The notes under the pieces: generated by a model
What the model was told of the DNA's origin: nothing
The model's input: the letters and a program-made list of their open reading frames with translations, nothing else
Databases searched by the model: none
Shown here: piece after piece, positions 62,170 to 64,000 of the stretch
Layout of the letters: each line of letters opens with the position of its first letter
Position numbering within the stretch: position 1 is the first letter of the stretch
Translations under genes and position numbers: made by a program
Source of the DNA: Stegostoma tigrinum
Lineage: Eukaryota
Assembly (NCBI RefSeq): GCF_030684315.1
Contig: NC_081358.1
Coordinates: 23,867,171-23,931,170, forward strand
Length of the DNA: 64,000 bases
Reading direction: 5' to 3'

Positions 62170-62800
62170 GAGAGAAACTTGCATTTATATAGCACCTTGA
62201 GCAACCACTGGATGTCTCCAAGCATTTTACAGCCAATCAAGTACATGCAGGTGGCGTCTTAGGCTGTTCCTTAGGATTGAGGATGACTTGCTTCCACTCC
62301 ATGGGTCCTGAGGCAACTGTCATGTCCAATGACAAAATCTGGAGATTGTACAACTATGGGTGGTGCTTAAGGGGTAAAGGAGGAGAGTTGTTTGAAATGT
62401 GCTGTCTCTGACACCGCCAAACAAACAGCAAGTAATCGTGACTAGATAATCCATTTCTGCAGTGTTAATTAACAAGCAAATATTGCCCAGGACTCAACAC
62501 CGACTTCTCGAGCAATTAGGATGAGCAACAACTACTGCTGTAGTCAGCAAGGTCAAATCTCATGTAGAATTTTTTAAAGGACTCTGGTTTGGGGTAGGGG
62601 AGGGAATTTGTATTATTCTTTTGATGGACAGCCGTGGAATCTTCTACATCCTCCTGAAAGGACAGGCAGGGCTTTTGTTTAATACCTCACCTGAAAAACA
62701 AACTTTAACAGTGCAGCAGCCTATCTACAGTACCACAGTGTCAGGCTAGATTATTGTGCTCTGAAGTGACATTTGAACCCATGATGTTCTGAATCAAGCT
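62170..62800 (-). mobile_element. DeuSINE-like (SacSINE1/AmnSINE1-related) relic, interrupted
   Basis: gtttaatacctcacctgaaa...acagtgcagca...gtgtcaggctagatt...ttgaaccc resembles the reverse complement of a Deu domain plus tRNA head; aacttgcatttatatagcacc tail. Confidence 0.6.
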
Positions 62801-64000
62801 CAATGAGCTGTGACAATCTGGGAGCTAGTAGTTGGAAACAGAATTTGAAATTTCTATTACAGGAACTTGGGAAAGATTTGTTTCCTGATTACCAGCTACC
62901 TGGAGAGGAATTTGCAAAGTTAACTATAAGGAATGTTTTACATTGCATTACTTTAACACTTTGAAGATGTATCTTATTGTTCTCATTTAGCCTTTTCCAA
63001 GGTGCTATTTTTGGCACATATTGATGGCCCCAAAAGAAGTATATTCTACAGCAATGTTACATTTTTGCAAATTTGGAATTGTGTAGTATTTTAGTAATGT
63101 AAAAGTTGCCTCTTTAAAATCCACAAATGATTTTTAAAGTCCTTGATATAAAGGAGAAATAGCTCAGATTTCAGAGGAAGTTTATACAGTATGTGACTTC
63201 TGAGAAGTTCTGTCATCTTTATCTGAAGAGTGTGTTAAAGTGGAATCAGTTTTTTCAAATATGTTGGCGATGGCAACGCTAAAGAATCTGGCCCATTTGT
63301 CACGAAGACCGATTCTAATGCATCTGTAGCAATAAAAGTTCATCAGTAGTTTCTGTTCATTCCATTACTAGTGACTGCACTTAAACTACTTGACTGCTCG
63401 TGAATCACTTCAAAATATTGAGGATTGTGAAAAGTGTTATATAAGTCTAATTCTGTAACATGGATGTGATTTTTAAAATCTGCAACTTTTTCAATCTTTT
63501 AGATGCCTGAGTTCATACAGGGCAGCATTTAGAAAACCTCTTGGCTGGTTTGAACAGGGGATGAGCATTTCTGAAATCGAATAAATTGTAGTCATCTGCA
63601 TTACTTCCAAATATAAAACAAAAATTGGTCAATGTTGAAGGTCTGAAACAAAGAAAAATAGAATTTGCTGGAAAAACTCAGTAGGTCTGGCAACATTATG
63701 GAGAGTAAACAGTGAACATTCGGAGTGCAGTGACCCTTCTCTAGAAGGATCTTTTGTTCTTTTAAATACTTTAGCATTTAGTTTATATTGCAGCTATTTA
63801 AATTCAGCTGCTACTAGCAACAAAGAAATGGGGTAAATGTCTCATAAATTCTGTTCTAAAGTTGAACTTTGCTTTCAATCCCAAAGATTATAAAGTGGAA
63901 GGAAATATGATGGCTTATGAGATCCACTGTCAAAAATATTTAGAAAATCTTAAAATTCCTTTGAGCCTAATTTGGTGCCATAAAGTTCTGTATAGTCATT

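Noticed and set aside
1-64000. CRISPR array, rRNA or prokaryotic operon
   Set aside because: No regularly spaced repeat-spacer array or rRNA similarity; the sequence is clearly eukaryotic intronic DNA.

Overview
Vertebrate genomic DNA, almost certainly a shark or other elasmobranch (HE1-type V-SINEs, shark-type CR1 LINEs, Penelope-like repeats). The window is mostly intronic and repeat-rich. A CpG-rich promoter at about 57.6-58.4 kb heads a minus-strand spliced coiled-coil gene: exon 1 at 57655-57933, a 135-nt exon at 41248-41382 carrying an in-frame TAA, and a probable further exon at 337-472. The promoter may also drive a divergent plus-strand transcript. The main hidden feature is that the apparently unique DNA between repeats from about 540 to 20570 translates on the + strand, through many stops and frameshifts, into colinear pieces of a whole sacsin (SACS)-like protein (SRR1, SRR2, SRR3, J-domain, HEPN). 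It reads as an apparently intronless, TE-fragmented fossil gene lying antisense inside the host intron. These similarities were judged by eye against the human sacsin sequence recalled from memory and need BLAST/HMM confirmation. Also present: near-complete CR1 LINEs, a Penelope element with pseudo-LTRs, many hammerhead-ribozyme-bearing repeats, a Gypsy LTR element plus two solo LTRs with clean 5-bp TSDs, a Gmr1-like Gypsy relic and RTE relics. Repeat boundaries are approximate unless TSDs are quoted.
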